Source: Escherichia coli (GTDB lineage Bacteria > Pseudomonadota > Gammaproteobacteria > Enterobacterales > Enterobacteriaceae). Taken from it: a DNA stretch of 64,000 bases. Position numbers and translations under genes: made by a program. Below are positions 52,059 through 63,341 of this stretch, one piece after another. Within the stretch, counting starts at the first letter, position 1; each line of letters begins with the position of its first letter. The notes under the pieces are model-generated. The model saw only the letters and a list, made by a program, of their open reading frames with translations, did no database searches and was not told the origin of the DNA. The DNA is taken from NCBI GenBank assembly GCA_025544715.1, contig GCA_025544715.1_4109.1, one strand, 5' to 3'.

Positions 52059-52651
52059 TATACTTCCTTGAAAAATGTAATAAAATGTTCCATATGTTTT
52101 TCTGTGGCATTGCGTGAACCAATACCAGTCCAGTTTCCATGTGGAGGTGGAACCACGAATGATTGTTGGAACTCTTTCAGTACTGTATCGAAATAAAATA
52201 CTGAACGTGAATTCATATCATAACAATAAATTTCAGGATTTTCAACTGAATCCATATACATCTGTACTGCCCATGCAGTACCACCACTTACCTTAGTTGG
52301 TGATGTGATATTTGCAATACAATATATTCTTTCTGTATTAAGTATCTGATAACTATTCCTTGCAAGTAAGTTGTAAACATAAGAACCAGGCTTCGGTACT
52401 TTTCGCTGTAACGAGTAACATGCAATGTTTAGTTGATTTAATATAGAAATATCAGATAGAATATTGGATGGTATTTCTAATATAGTACTTTCATCTACAC
52501 TATGCTCATGACCTTTGAATGAAAAATTAATAACTTCAAATCCATTATTTTTTGCATAGATAGAAAAAAGGCGGTCAGCACCTGCTGCCCCGCCACTAAA
52601 ACATACATTAGATAAACCTTTTATTGCTTCATCTAATTCATTCTTTTTCAT
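52058..52651 (-). CDS. SLOG-fold (DprA/LOG/YpsA-like Rossmann) protein, predicted nucleotide-ligand binding
   Basis: N-terminal glycine loop FSGGAAGAD and later VSGGTAW motif; stop/start coupled to thyA. Confidence 0.55.
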   Translation of the reverse strand: MKKNELDEAIKGLSNVCFSGGAAGADRLFSIYAKNNGFEVINFSFKGHEHSVDESTILEIPSNILSDISILNQLNIACYSLQRKVPKPGSYVYNLLARNSYQILNTERIYCIANITSPTKVSGGTAWAVQMYMDSVENPEIYCYDMNSRSVFYFDTVLKEFQQSFVVPPPHGNWTGIGSRNATEKHMEHFITFFKEV

Positions 52652-52654
52652 ATT

Positions 52655-53311
52655 TTATTTTGCTTTACGTTCTGCAAATAGTTGTTTTACTTTCTCAATA
52701 GCTTTAGTCTGTGAAATACCTTCTGGAATTTCTAGATAAATTGTTTTACTATCTTTCGGTTGTTCAACAACTTGTGTTTGTGGACGCAAACTTGGCTCTA
52801 AATTATATGCACGTTCATAATGTTCTTTAGCCAGTTTTTCATATTTTTGTGCATCAGTGAGAAGTTGTTCTACAATAGTAGCTTCTTCTACTTTAGTGTC
52901 AGCTTCTTGTGGATTGAATGGGTTAAAGTCTTTTACTTTACCATCTTCTTGTACTTTTGCTTGATTTTCATCTAATGCTTTGTTTAGAACATCAAGAGAA
53001 ATTTTATTATTACCACCAGTGTGCATATCAATGTCACAAGTACGAACGCGACGTAGATGCTGCATATTGTGTAGAACATCTAGCATTTTGCGTCCATCGA
53101 GATAACCAATTTTATGCATTACTTCCCACAAATCAATATTAGATTGACCATGACCCATAACAATATCAGTTACTGCGTGAACATATGCTTCTGGTAGTGA
53201 ATCACGATAAACAATAAGGCAGTGTTCAGGATCATCTGGTAGTGAACGCCAAACAACAAAAACACGAGAACCTGTATTACGCATTACACCAACATGACGA
53301 ATAGCTGCCAT
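52655..53311 (-). CDS. Hypothetical protein (218 aa)
   Basis: ORF in the early minus-strand operon; no motif recognised. Confidence 0.6.
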   Translation of the reverse strand: MAAIRHVGVMRNTGSRVFVVWRSLPDDPEHCLIVYRDSLPEAYVHAVTDIVMGHGQSNIDLWEVMHKIGYLDGRKMLDVLHNMQHLRRVRTCDIDMHTGGNNKISLDVLNKALDENQAKVQEDGKVKDFNPFNPQEADTKVEEATIVEQLLTDAQKYEKLAKEHYERAYNLEPSLRPQTQVVEQPKDSKTIYLEIPEGISQTKAIEKVKQLFAERKAK

Positions 53312-53313
53312 AA

Positions 53314-53559
53314 TTATTCTCCTTTATCTTCTTGAGTTTCACTATCTTGTGATTCAGCTTCTTCTTTAGCTGCATCTTCTTGTGCTTTAATATCTTCAAG
53401 AGCTACATTTGCAAAAGAAACAAATTTAGATACAACTGGAGCAACCTCAACAAGTTCTTCAACTTTAAAGGTGTTTCGTGCAACAGCAGCTTCCATAATT
53501 TTTGCAGCATTGATTAGGTCTAGAAGGGTTAGTTGAATTTGATTATTTTCTTGTTCCAT
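53314..53559 (-). CDS. Small acidic protein (about 81 aa)
   Basis: Start placed at second ATG (MEQENN...) with GGAGAG RBS; C-terminus rich in E/D. Confidence 0.5.
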   Translation of the reverse strand: MEQENNQIQLTLLDLINAAKIMEAAVARNTFKVEELVEVAPVVSKFVSFANVALEDIKAQEDAAKEEAESQDSETQEDKGE

Positions 53560-53593
53560 TTTAATACTCTCCATGTATATTGGTACATTAACT

Positions 53594-53621
53594 ATTATAT
53601 CATATTTTTATAAGTTGTCCC
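53594..53621 (-). promoter_or_regulatory. Candidate early promoter (GGGACA-N16-TGATATAAT)
   Basis: Extended -10 TGATATAAT identical to the strong promoters; weaker -35. Confidence 0.35.
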
Positions 53622-53625
53622 ACTT

Positions 53626-53657
53626 ATAAAAAGAAGAGAACGGAAAATTCCGTTCTC
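53626..53657 (-). terminator. Rho-independent terminator ending the MoxR-vWA operon
   Basis: Minus-strand GAGAACGG-aatttt-CCGTTCTC followed by TTCTTTTTAT. Confidence 0.65.
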
Positions 53658-53669
53658 ATTATTTAGTAC

Positions 53670-55094
53670 TTAACTACGTTGACGCTTTTTATCAGCTTCA
53701 TATTCGTAGTGTACAGTCTCACCAAATGGTGCAACTTTATTTGGGTTACTGTGAATCACGAACAGTGTTTTACAGTAGTTTGGATCACCCCACGACTGCC
53801 ACGGTTCACCATCTGTAAACATTACAAGCTGTTTAGGCTTGTAGTTGTCGTTCTTCATATGAACCCATACTGCTTCAAAGTCAGTACCACCACCACCTTT
53901 TACTGGATATTCCAGAATCTTACGTTCTTCGCCAGTTTTGTAATCCTTTACAGTATAAACTTCAGTATCAAAAGTCATGATACGAATCTTAAACTGTTTG
54001 AATTGTTTAGTGATACCTAGAACTTCACTAATGAAATCACGAAGCATATCTTCAGAAATAGATCCAGAAGCATCTAGTGCAATCGCAATATCAATGTCAT
54101 CATCTGGTTTCATCCCTGGGTAAATTGGATTACCATAGAATGAACCATTAGAACCAAAACCTGCACCCCAAGAACGACGATTCGGATTTTGATATGTTGC
54201 ATCAGACTTCAACCAACTACGAAGTGTGCGTTGAAGTTTTGAACGCCAGTCAATCTTTGGTTCTTTAAAGTTGTTAATCATACGAGCGATTTCTGCTGGT
54301 GTACCACCTGCACGAGCAGCATTCATCATTGCTGTTTTGAAATCATCCATGTAATCACGTTTTTGTTTCTCACTTGAACCACCCTCTTGACCTTCTTGTG
54401 GAACGTCATGCTGGTCAATTGTAGTACCTTTTGGTTTACCCTTACCATCTTTAATATCGCCAAAAGTACCGCGATTTTTACCTTCACCTTCGCTACCACC
54501 ACTTTGTGGTTGACCTTCACCTTCACCATCTTCTTTTTGTTCTTCTTCTTCAAGAAGAATGTAAATCTCTTCTGCGGTCATACCTTCATATTTTTTATCA
54601 TACAACCATGAACTTTGGATTTTTCCAATTTTCTCACGAACGATGATTTGGTTAATGGCATAATCCGCTGCACGGTTATAACGTTGTGGATCACGCATAC
54701 CACGACGAAGGAAGTGATCGTAAGCACAGTGTAGAATTTCATGACAAATTACAGCAATAAGGTTTTCATCAGTCAAACCTTCAGTCATTTCTTTTAATTG
54801 TTCGTCTGTAACTTCAGGGTGCTTTTCACGAATAGCTTCTTCATATTCTTTCTTTTTAGATGGGTCTTGAATGCCCATTACAAATTCTACGTTGTAGAAT
54901 AGATGTTTACCATCCACTGCTAGAGTACGACACCATGTATTATTAGGAACTGGACGTAAACGTGAAGCGAGTACGCCAAAGAATGGTGCAGTTAACATCA
55001 AAGATGTACGAGCCAGAACCAGACGATCTTGACATTCTTTCTGAAGTGCAGGAGATACTTCATTGAATATGGAAGTAGATTTGTTATCTGACAT
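53670..55094 (-). CDS. vWA-domain protein with N-terminal HExxH metallopeptidase-like module (CobT-like partner of the MoxR ATPase)
   Basis: HEILH motif; acidic low-complexity linker EEEEQKEDGEGEGQPQSGGSEGEG; C-terminal vWA with MIDAS-like DASGS and a Gly-rich GGGGTD segment. Confidence 0.85.
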   Translation of the reverse strand: MSDNKSTSIFNEVSPALQKECQDRLVLARTSLMLTAPFFGVLASRLRPVPNNTWCRTLAVDGKHLFYNVEFVMGIQDPSKKKEYEEAIREKHPEVTDEQLKEMTEGLTDENLIAVICHEILHCAYDHFLRRGMRDPQRYNRAADYAINQIIVREKIGKIQSSWLYDKKYEGMTAEEIYILLEEEEQKEDGEGEGQPQSGGSEGEGKNRGTFGDIKDGKGKPKGTTIDQHDVPQEGQEGGSSEKQKRDYMDDFKTAMMNAARAGGTPAEIARMINNFKEPKIDWRSKLQRTLRSWLKSDATYQNPNRRSWGAGFGSNGSFYGNPIYPGMKPDDDIDIAIALDASGSISEDMLRDFISEVLGITKQFKQFKIRIMTFDTEVYTVKDYKTGEERKILEYPVKGGGGTDFEAVWVHMKNDNYKPKQLVMFTDGEPWQSWGDPNYCKTLFVIHSNPNKVAPFGETVHYEYEADKKRQRS

Positions 55095-55168
55095 GTATAT
55101 TTCCTCGTTTAGTTAAGATAAAAGAAGGATACCATTAGGCATCCTTCTTGTCAACAACTCTTTGTTAA

Positions 55169-56494
55169 TTAGCCAAGAGAGCGTGCTTTACGTACAAGTT
55201 CAGAGTACTTAGCGATGAAATCTTTAAACGCTGGTACATCTTTAATGGAAATCGCAACCTTATGAAGCGTGATGGTACGAATTGCCAGTACTGCCAGTTC
55301 TGCTTGAGTTGCAGAGAAGTTATGGTCTAGGAAGGTGATGAAGTTGTTACACAGTTTACCCCATTCTTCCACTGGTAGACGTTGTTCTTGCTTCTCATTG
55401 AACAGGTCGATAATTTTATAAACCAAGTTCAGAGTGATAAAGTAGTTCGCAGAAATATCCAGCGTTGCGTCGATTTCTTTGATTTCACCAGACAGAATAG
55501 ACATAGTATCTGGTAGTTTAGCAACGTTCTCAACGTACTCAATGTATTCAGTCGCAACACCTTCACCAACACGACCAGCAATCATTGCACGGAACACTTC
55601 TTTATCAATTGTCTTATTTTTCTTGAGATCTTCGTAGCGTGCTACTGCTTCCCATGAACGTGGAGAAGTACCACCGCTGTGAGAAGGATCTTGTGGGCTA
55701 AGTGTGTTAAAGTACTTAGAACCAGTGTTGTTGATGAACGCAACAGTTGCTGGGTTCAAACGTTTTGCAATCGCATAATCGTTAATCCAATCTTGATGAT
55801 AAGGAATCATCTCAATGTGAGTCATACGGTCACGCAGTGGTGTAGCAAGAGAGAACGTTACACCGCCATCAGTTTCACGGTTACCTGCTGCAAGAATCAG
55901 TGCAGTCTTAGGTAGCTTCATCTCACCAACACAACGGTCGAGGATTAGCTGATAAGACGCTGCCTGAACAATAGGCATTGCAGAGTTAATTTCGTCAAAC
56001 AGAATAACACCTTTCCAATCTTCGGACAATTTCAGTACTTTAGGTGCAGCCCATACTACCGCTGTTTCAGCTACATAATCTTTTGCTTCGGCAAGCTCAG
56101 ATTCTTTCAGAAGAGAACCGTCAGTTTTACGGAAAAGCTTCTCTGGAACTGGAATACCGCGAAGGTCACTTGGTTCAATTTGAGACAAACGGAAATCGAT
56201 AAAGTTAGTATCTTGGTCGATTAGTTTTGCTTCAAATGCAGCCAGTTCACGGCGTAGCTGATCAGCATTTTCAGGGTCAGCTTCGATTTGTTGTTTCATG
56301 AACTCGATTTTAGCTACGTTATCTTTACGCAGTGGGTAATTTTCATCAGCATATTGACGAGCGATAGCAGACTTACCGATACCTGGGCTACCCCAAATCA
56401 TCAGGCTATCTTGAATCATGTCAGCCAGTGCCATTGCTTCTTTAGCTTTCTTTGGAGTCAGTTTAACGTTCAGGATATCGTTTTGAGTAGTCAT
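55169..56494 (-). CDS. MoxR/CobS-type AAA+ ATPase (AAA_5-like)
   Basis: Walker A GSPGIGKS, Walker B ILFDEIN, single AAA module. Confidence 0.85.
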   Translation of the reverse strand: MTTQNDILNVKLTPKKAKEAMALADMIQDSLMIWGSPGIGKSAIARQYADENYPLRKDNVAKIEFMKQQIEADPENADQLRRELAAFEAKLIDQDTNFIDFRLSQIEPSDLRGIPVPEKLFRKTDGSLLKESELAEAKDYVAETAVVWAAPKVLKLSEDWKGVILFDEINSAMPIVQAASYQLILDRCVGEMKLPKTALILAAGNRETDGGVTFSLATPLRDRMTHIEMIPYHQDWINDYAIAKRLNPATVAFINNTGSKYFNTLSPQDPSHSGGTSPRSWEAVARYEDLKKNKTIDKEVFRAMIAGRVGEGVATEYIEYVENVAKLPDTMSILSGEIKEIDATLDISANYFITLNLVYKIIDLFNEKQEQRLPVEEWGKLCNNFITFLDHNFSATQAELAVLAIRTITLHKVAISIKDVPAFKDFIAKYSELVRKARSLG

Positions 56495-56561
56495 GTATAT
56501 ATTTCCTTTTGTTGGATAAAATCGTTTAAGTTTCTATTATAGCCAATCCGTGGGCAAAAGT

Positions 56562-56602
56562 AAAGGAACTGTGTTAAAATAATTTAACTTATCAGTTCCT
56601 TT
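56562..56602. promoter_or_regulatory. Perfect 10-bp inverted repeat with 21-nt spacer in the MoxR leader (operator or RNA hairpin)
   Basis: AAAGGAACTG ... CAGTTCCTTT, located between the tandem promoters and the MoxR start codon. Confidence 0.5.
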
Positions 56603-56663
56603 GTTACTTCATGAATCATCCGTGTGTTTAAAAGGTAAATCTCTTTGCTGTCTTGATGTGAAC

Positions 56664-56691
56664 ATTATATCACATCGTTTCAACTTGTCAA
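56664..56691 (-). promoter_or_regulatory. Strong sigma70-type early promoter (TTGACA-N16-TATAAT, TGn extended -10), proximal
   Basis: Minus-strand TTGACAAGTTGAAACGATGTGATATAAT; A-tract UP-like element upstream. Confidence 0.65.
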
Positions 56692-56758
56692 TCACTTTTT
56701 TTCTTTTTTTTTTCAAACTCACATCTTGTGACGCTTGAAAACTTTATGTATGATGCTT

Positions 56759-56786
56759 ATTATATCACATCATTCTATCTTGTCAA
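56759..56786 (-). promoter_or_regulatory. Strong sigma70-type early promoter (TTGACA-N16-TATAAT, TGn extended -10), distal
   Basis: Minus-strand TTGACAAGATAGAATGATGTGATATAAT, 95 bp upstream of the proximal copy. Confidence 0.65.
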
Positions 56787-56809
56787 CATTTATTTTTAAT
56801 TCATTTTTC

Positions 56810-57190
56810 TTACATATGAATAGAAAATAACTGTTTAAAATCATCACAACACAATGTTAATTCAGTTATTATCATTGCATCTGTCAGATATATGTACTGA
56901 CCTTCAACATAGTAAGGTGAAGTACATATTCTGTCAAGTGATGTAAACATTATAGAACTTTTAAATTCTCTTTGCAAGGGGATTTTTGTAAATTCATAAA
57001 GATTATTTTCTTTACAAATTCCATATCCAAACTTACTAAGACGTAAACCACCGCCAGTTCTGAAATTTTCAAAAATTGACATCAGAAGCATACGGTCTGT
57101 TATTTCTGAATCTGATTCATGTACTTCCCTAACTTTGGAAAGTACATTATTTTGATATTCAGTACTGTTATGTGATGGTTCTGGAAACAT
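56810..57190 (-). CDS. Hypothetical protein (126 aa), last gene of an eight-gene coupled operon
   Basis: ORF separated from the upstream gene by 3 nt. Confidence 0.6.
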   Translation of the reverse strand: MFPEPSHNSTEYQNNVLSKVREVHESDSEITDRMLLMSIFENFRTGGGLRLSKFGYGICKENNLYEFTKIPLQREFKSSIMFTSLDRICTSPYYVEGQYIYLTDAMIITELTLCCDDFKQLFSIHM

Positions 57191-57193
57191 ATA

Positions 57194-57589
57194 TTAGTCT
57201 CCAACAAAACCTTGACGTGCAGCATAAGATGGTGCACCAGGTTCATTATAGTGTTGTACACCTTCTTTGTCAATTGTTGGTCCCATACCTTCAGTACCAA
57301 AACAACCTGCAATGGCTTCCAACACTTCATCATCAGCAACTTCAGTACTTTCATCATTATATCGAATGTCAGACAAAATGTCACAGGCTTTTTGTAGTTT
57401 ATCTACAATTTCTTTTTGGTCTTCACCAGATTTAATCTTATCAACAATGTTAATAAGACATTTGGTAATATCCTTAAGAACATCAACTGCTACAACATCG
57501 GATTCAACTTCAACTGAAAAACTTTCGTCTTCATCTCTTCCGGTAATTTCGTCTAACGCTTCAACTAGTTCACGATAATTATATTGCAT
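57194..57589 (-). CDS. Acidic hypothetical protein (131 aa)
   Basis: Strongly D/E-rich; start 1 nt after the upstream stop. Confidence 0.6.
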   Translation of the reverse strand: MQYNYRELVEALDEITGRDEDESFSVEVESDVVAVDVLKDITKCLINIVDKIKSGEDQKEIVDKLQKACDILSDIRYNDESTEVADDEVLEAIAGCFGTEGMGPTIDKEGVQHYNEPGAPSYAARQGFVGD

Positions 57590-57590
57590 A

Positions 57591-58571
57591 TTATTTGTCT
57601 CCTAAAAATTTCTTGTATTTTTCTTGGAGACTTTCAAAAATATCTTCTACTTCTTCATCAGAATCATCTTCCAAGTCAATGTTACCTTCAGGTGAATCAT
57701 CTTCTTCACTTTCATTAACATTTAGTGGGTTATCTCCTAATGCAGTGCCTGGGAATTTTGGTTCAAATTTATGAACACGATTTTCGTTCCCTTCATTATC
57801 ATAATACTCAGGTTCTGGACGATTGTCAAGATCTTCATCTACAACACGTCTCCAATAAAACTGATTGCCTTTTGCAATTACAACAAAATGGTCACCTTCA
57901 ACACCATTAGTCTTTAGTTGACCATCACGAACTGCATCAGCTTCTGTTCCATATGGACCGTAATCAGTACTGTTAGATGGTTCTTCATCTTCAGAGATAC
58001 TTAGATCTGGTAGAAATTGGGTATCTTTCATTTCTTTATCGGTGGCAGGATTACCCTCTACGGAAAAATCTTCGTCTTCTTCTTCGTTAATACCAGCAAG
58101 GGATAGCATACGACTAAAATCGAATTCTTCTTCAATAATTTCTTCTTCTTCCTCATCGTCTTCTTCAACTGATTCTAGTTGAGGTTGACCACTAAGGTCA
58201 AGAGAAAAATCTTCTTCACCTTCTACACCTGGTTCTGAAAATTCAGCATCCATACTAACTTCATCTGAGTCAGCACCAAAATCACCAACATCAGCGGAAA
58301 GATCATCAACTGCCGCTGCTAGTGGGTCTTCAACTGAAGTTTCAATTCCACCAATTTCTTCTTCAGCACCAATAGAATCTAGATCTAGTGGAGCAATAGG
58401 TGGAAGAGATGGAGTCATAGACCCCATTGATGGTACTGGAGCAGCAACAACTGGGTCTTGACGTTCAGCTTGACCAGCAAGTGCTAACATACGTGATAGT
58501 GTTTCCAAATCATCAGATTCTAAACCTGCGATATCGATTTTAACTTGTGCTTCATTAATTTTTTTAGCCAT
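57591..58571 (-). CDS. Highly acidic protein (326 aa) with poly-D/E tracts and duplicated SRML(A/S)LAG motif
   Basis: Runs such as EEDDEEEEEIIEEEFDF and DLEDDSDEEVED; motif LSRMLALAGQAE repeated as FSRMLSLAGINEE; AAAGGA RBS. Confidence 0.7.
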   Translation of the reverse strand: MAKKINEAQVKIDIAGLESDDLETLSRMLALAGQAERQDPVVAAPVPSMGSMTPSLPPIAPLDLDSIGAEEEIGGIETSVEDPLAAAVDDLSADVGDFGADSDEVSMDAEFSEPGVEGEEDFSLDLSGQPQLESVEEDDEEEEEIIEEEFDFSRMLSLAGINEEEDEDFSVEGNPATDKEMKDTQFLPDLSISEDEEPSNSTDYGPYGTEADAVRDGQLKTNGVEGDHFVVIAKGNQFYWRRVVDEDLDNRPEPEYYDNEGNENRVHKFEPKFPGTALGDNPLNVNESEEDDSPEGNIDLEDDSDEEVEDIFESLQEKYKKFLGDK

Positions 58572-58593
58572 TTTAAATAAATCCTTTTAGTTA

Positions 58594-60099
58594 TCAATCA
58601 TTATTATTTAATGATTTTAAAATTTGCACTGTTTCATCCTTTTTACCTGAAAGTAAAATGTCAGCAGCAAGTAGAGAAACCTCATCACCACGAGTTAGAA
58701 GTACTGTGATTTTTTTAGCATAAGGTGACTCTTTAATTTTAGAAGCTAATGATTGTACGTCATCACCAGCAATTGTTTCAGATTTAGTTTCTGGTTCGGA
58801 AACTTCGTCTGGTTTTTCTTCAGACTCTGGTTCTTTCTTAGGTTCTTCTTTTGATTGAATTTGATCAGTACTAGAATCATCTGGTTTTACATCATCTTTA
58901 TCTTCTTCATACTTAGCAAGTAATTTAGCTGCGGTTGCTTTCGGAATAAATTTACCATCAGCACTAATGAATCGGTCACCACCAACATAAAAATATTCTT
59001 TGCCTTGTTTGGATTTAACTTTTGTTCCAATTTTCATAGCACCAGAATTGTTATGACGGAAAATGTCACGTTGGGCTGCTCTTTCAACACTTTTAGAAGC
59101 ACTCGTGTTAAGTTGCTTTTTACTTTCAATATCATACCACAAGTTATTTTTCTTAGTGTATGTTTTTCCTTTAGAAGAAGTCATTCTATAACCATCAGGT
59201 ACTGTAATACTTTCAAATTCTTCAATTTCTTCATCTGCTTCATTAATTGATTCTTTGGTTGCAAATACAGGCTGTTTAACAGGTTGTGTTGATTGTTGTG
59301 GCTTTTCACCTGATCCAAAACGCTGTTCACTGTGTTCTTGTTCACCAGTTAAGGTAGGAAAATCACTTGGGTTGTTCTTCACAAATTGCTGATATGCATT
59401 AATAATGGAATGTGCACTTTGTTCAGGAATTACAACGTTGCCATCATTATCACAAAATTCTTTACCATTCCACTCACAACGGGTATTGCCTTGAACTAAT
59501 GTTGATTTGATTGGAATTAATTTATTTTTTGAAGCCAACTGACGAGCAATACGCATACCTTCATCGGAAAGCTTACGAGTCATTGCTGGATCAACTGGTC
59601 GGCCTGATTTTATATCAACAAAACGATGATTCTTTGGAATAAATTTAAAACCACTAACTTCCATACCTGCTGGAATTGAAATATCATCAGCATATGGTGG
59701 AAGAATATAGAATTTTAGTGCATTCCATTCTTTTTGAAGTGTTTCTTTCGAAACATTATATACTCGATGGTCATCAGCCATTAATTCTGTGATGAATTCA
59801 CTTTCTGTTAATAGAATTCCATCTTTTGAGTTGAAACGGTTTTCACCAATAAATGTACACTCTTTACCTTCAACAATATATTTGTTACCAATTTTATATT
59901 CATTTGAAGCTAGATTGTGCTCGACAATCTGTTGTCGAGCACTTGCGTACATGGATGGGTATTTTCTAGGGTCTACCATTAACATATTACAGTCATTGAA
60001 CCAGAATCCTTCAAGAAATACATATTTTGCACCAGTATGTGACGTATATACATATCCATTAGGAACGGTGGTAGTTTCAGTACTGAAAAAATTATCCAT
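58594..60099 (-). CDS. Hypothetical protein (501 aa) with an internal two-module duplication and acidic/lysine-rich C-terminus
   Basis: VP-x-GY...TS...G-x-Y module and IG-x-K...KE...F-x-G-x-RF-x-S-x-DG module each occur twice; AAGGAG RBS. Confidence 0.7.
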   Translation of the reverse strand: MDNFFSTETTTVPNGYVYTSHTGAKYVFLEGFWFNDCNMLMVDPRKYPSMYASARQQIVEHNLASNEYKIGNKYIVEGKECTFIGENRFNSKDGILLTESEFITELMADDHRVYNVSKETLQKEWNALKFYILPPYADDISIPAGMEVSGFKFIPKNHRFVDIKSGRPVDPAMTRKLSDEGMRIARQLASKNKLIPIKSTLVQGNTRCEWNGKEFCDNDGNVVIPEQSAHSIINAYQQFVKNNPSDFPTLTGEQEHSEQRFGSGEKPQQSTQPVKQPVFATKESINEADEEIEEFESITVPDGYRMTSSKGKTYTKKNNLWYDIESKKQLNTSASKSVERAAQRDIFRHNNSGAMKIGTKVKSKQGKEYFYVGGDRFISADGKFIPKATAAKLLAKYEEDKDDVKPDDSSTDQIQSKEEPKKEPESEEKPDEVSEPETKSETIAGDDVQSLASKIKESPYAKKITVLLTRGDEVSLLAADILLSGKKDETVQILKSLNNND

Positions 60100-60112
60100 G
60101 TGTTGATTCTCC

Positions 60113-60655
60113 TTAAGAAAGCATACGTAACAGTTGGTCGCGTTGCTCTGGACTTAATTTTTGTAGAGCATCAGGGATACTGGAACCTTGTGCTTTTGGT
60201 TGTTCTTGTTGTGCTGGTTGCTCTGGTGCATTTGTTTGTGACTGTTGTGGTTCGGAACGTTCTTCTTCCCCTTGTTGGTCACGGTAATCATTCATTAAAT
60301 CACGAGCCGCATTTAATAGAGCACTACCTACATCTTTTGGTGTAAAAGAACGACGAGGATTGTTCCCTAAATGTTTAATATCAAGATTGTTACCTTTAAA
60401 AAACTGTGCAACATCAGCGTAAGGCACTGATGGTTGAGCTTTACCATATTTACGTCCAACATATCGTTTAAACTCGGCCCACAATCGGTTAGCTTCAGCA
60501 CCAACCTCTTGTGCACCTTGTTCTATCTGTCCACTACCAAAAAAGCCTTTTACTTTTCCTTTTGCACTATCAACTGCACTTTGTGAACGACTATAAGGAC
60601 GAGCTTCATTTAACTCATTGTCTTCATAATCTAACATTTCATTAAGTATACTCAT
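60113..60655 (-). CDS. Hypothetical protein (180 aa), Gln/Glu-rich C-terminus
   Basis: ORF starts 3 nt after the upstream stop. Confidence 0.6.
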   Translation of the reverse strand: MSILNEMLDYEDNELNEARPYSRSQSAVDSAKGKVKGFFGSGQIEQGAQEVGAEANRLWAEFKRYVGRKYGKAQPSVPYADVAQFFKGNNLDIKHLGNNPRRSFTPKDVGSALLNAARDLMNDYRDQQGEEERSEPQQSQTNAPEQPAQQEQPKAQGSSIPDALQKLSPEQRDQLLRMLS

Positions 60656-60658
60656 GTG

Positions 60659-61195
60659 TTAATCCTTTTTACCAAAACCAGCACTCATATATTGAGAGTA
60701 TTTATTGTCTTTTTTAGATGCTTCAATTGCATCATCAACTGCTGTTTCAGCACGTTGTTGACCAGCTAAATCATAACTGTCTTCTGGTTTACCAAAATCT
60801 ACACCAATAATTGGCTCATCAACATCATCAAAATCGATATCATCTTCTAGGTCAGTCATTTCAATTTGACGAGGTTCATCTTTACTGCGTACACGAATCA
60901 GTGCTTCGGTCATACTTAGTAAATTACCGATTTCATACATTAGTACGTTTGATTGAACACCACGATGACATTTAAAATCAAACATCCAAATTTCACCACA
61001 ATCTAATTCATAGAAATCTAATGGTTTTTCCATAAAAATTGTTTTCTTAAGTGCACCAATTTCAAATGCATCATAGCGGTCCATTAGTCGCTGTGTTACT
61101 TTACTAAGTTGTTCCGGTGATGGTTCAACTGCAAACTTAACTCGGTATTCATAAACTGGTTTTTTTTCAGTTAGGATTTGTTGTAATCTATTCAT
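60659..61195 (-). CDS. Hypothetical protein (178 aa), acidic C-terminal half
   Basis: ORF with GGAG RBS. Confidence 0.6.
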   Translation of the reverse strand: MNRLQQILTEKKPVYEYRVKFAVEPSPEQLSKVTQRLMDRYDAFEIGALKKTIFMEKPLDFYELDCGEIWMFDFKCHRGVQSNVLMYEIGNLLSMTEALIRVRSKDEPRQIEMTDLEDDIDFDDVDEPIIGVDFGKPEDSYDLAGQQRAETAVDDAIEASKKDNKYSQYMSAGFGKKD

Positions 61196-61222
61196 TTTAA
61201 TAACTCCATAAGGTCGTTTAAG

Positions 61223-63330
<2,108 letters not shown>

Positions 63331-63341
63331 TCATTATCTCC

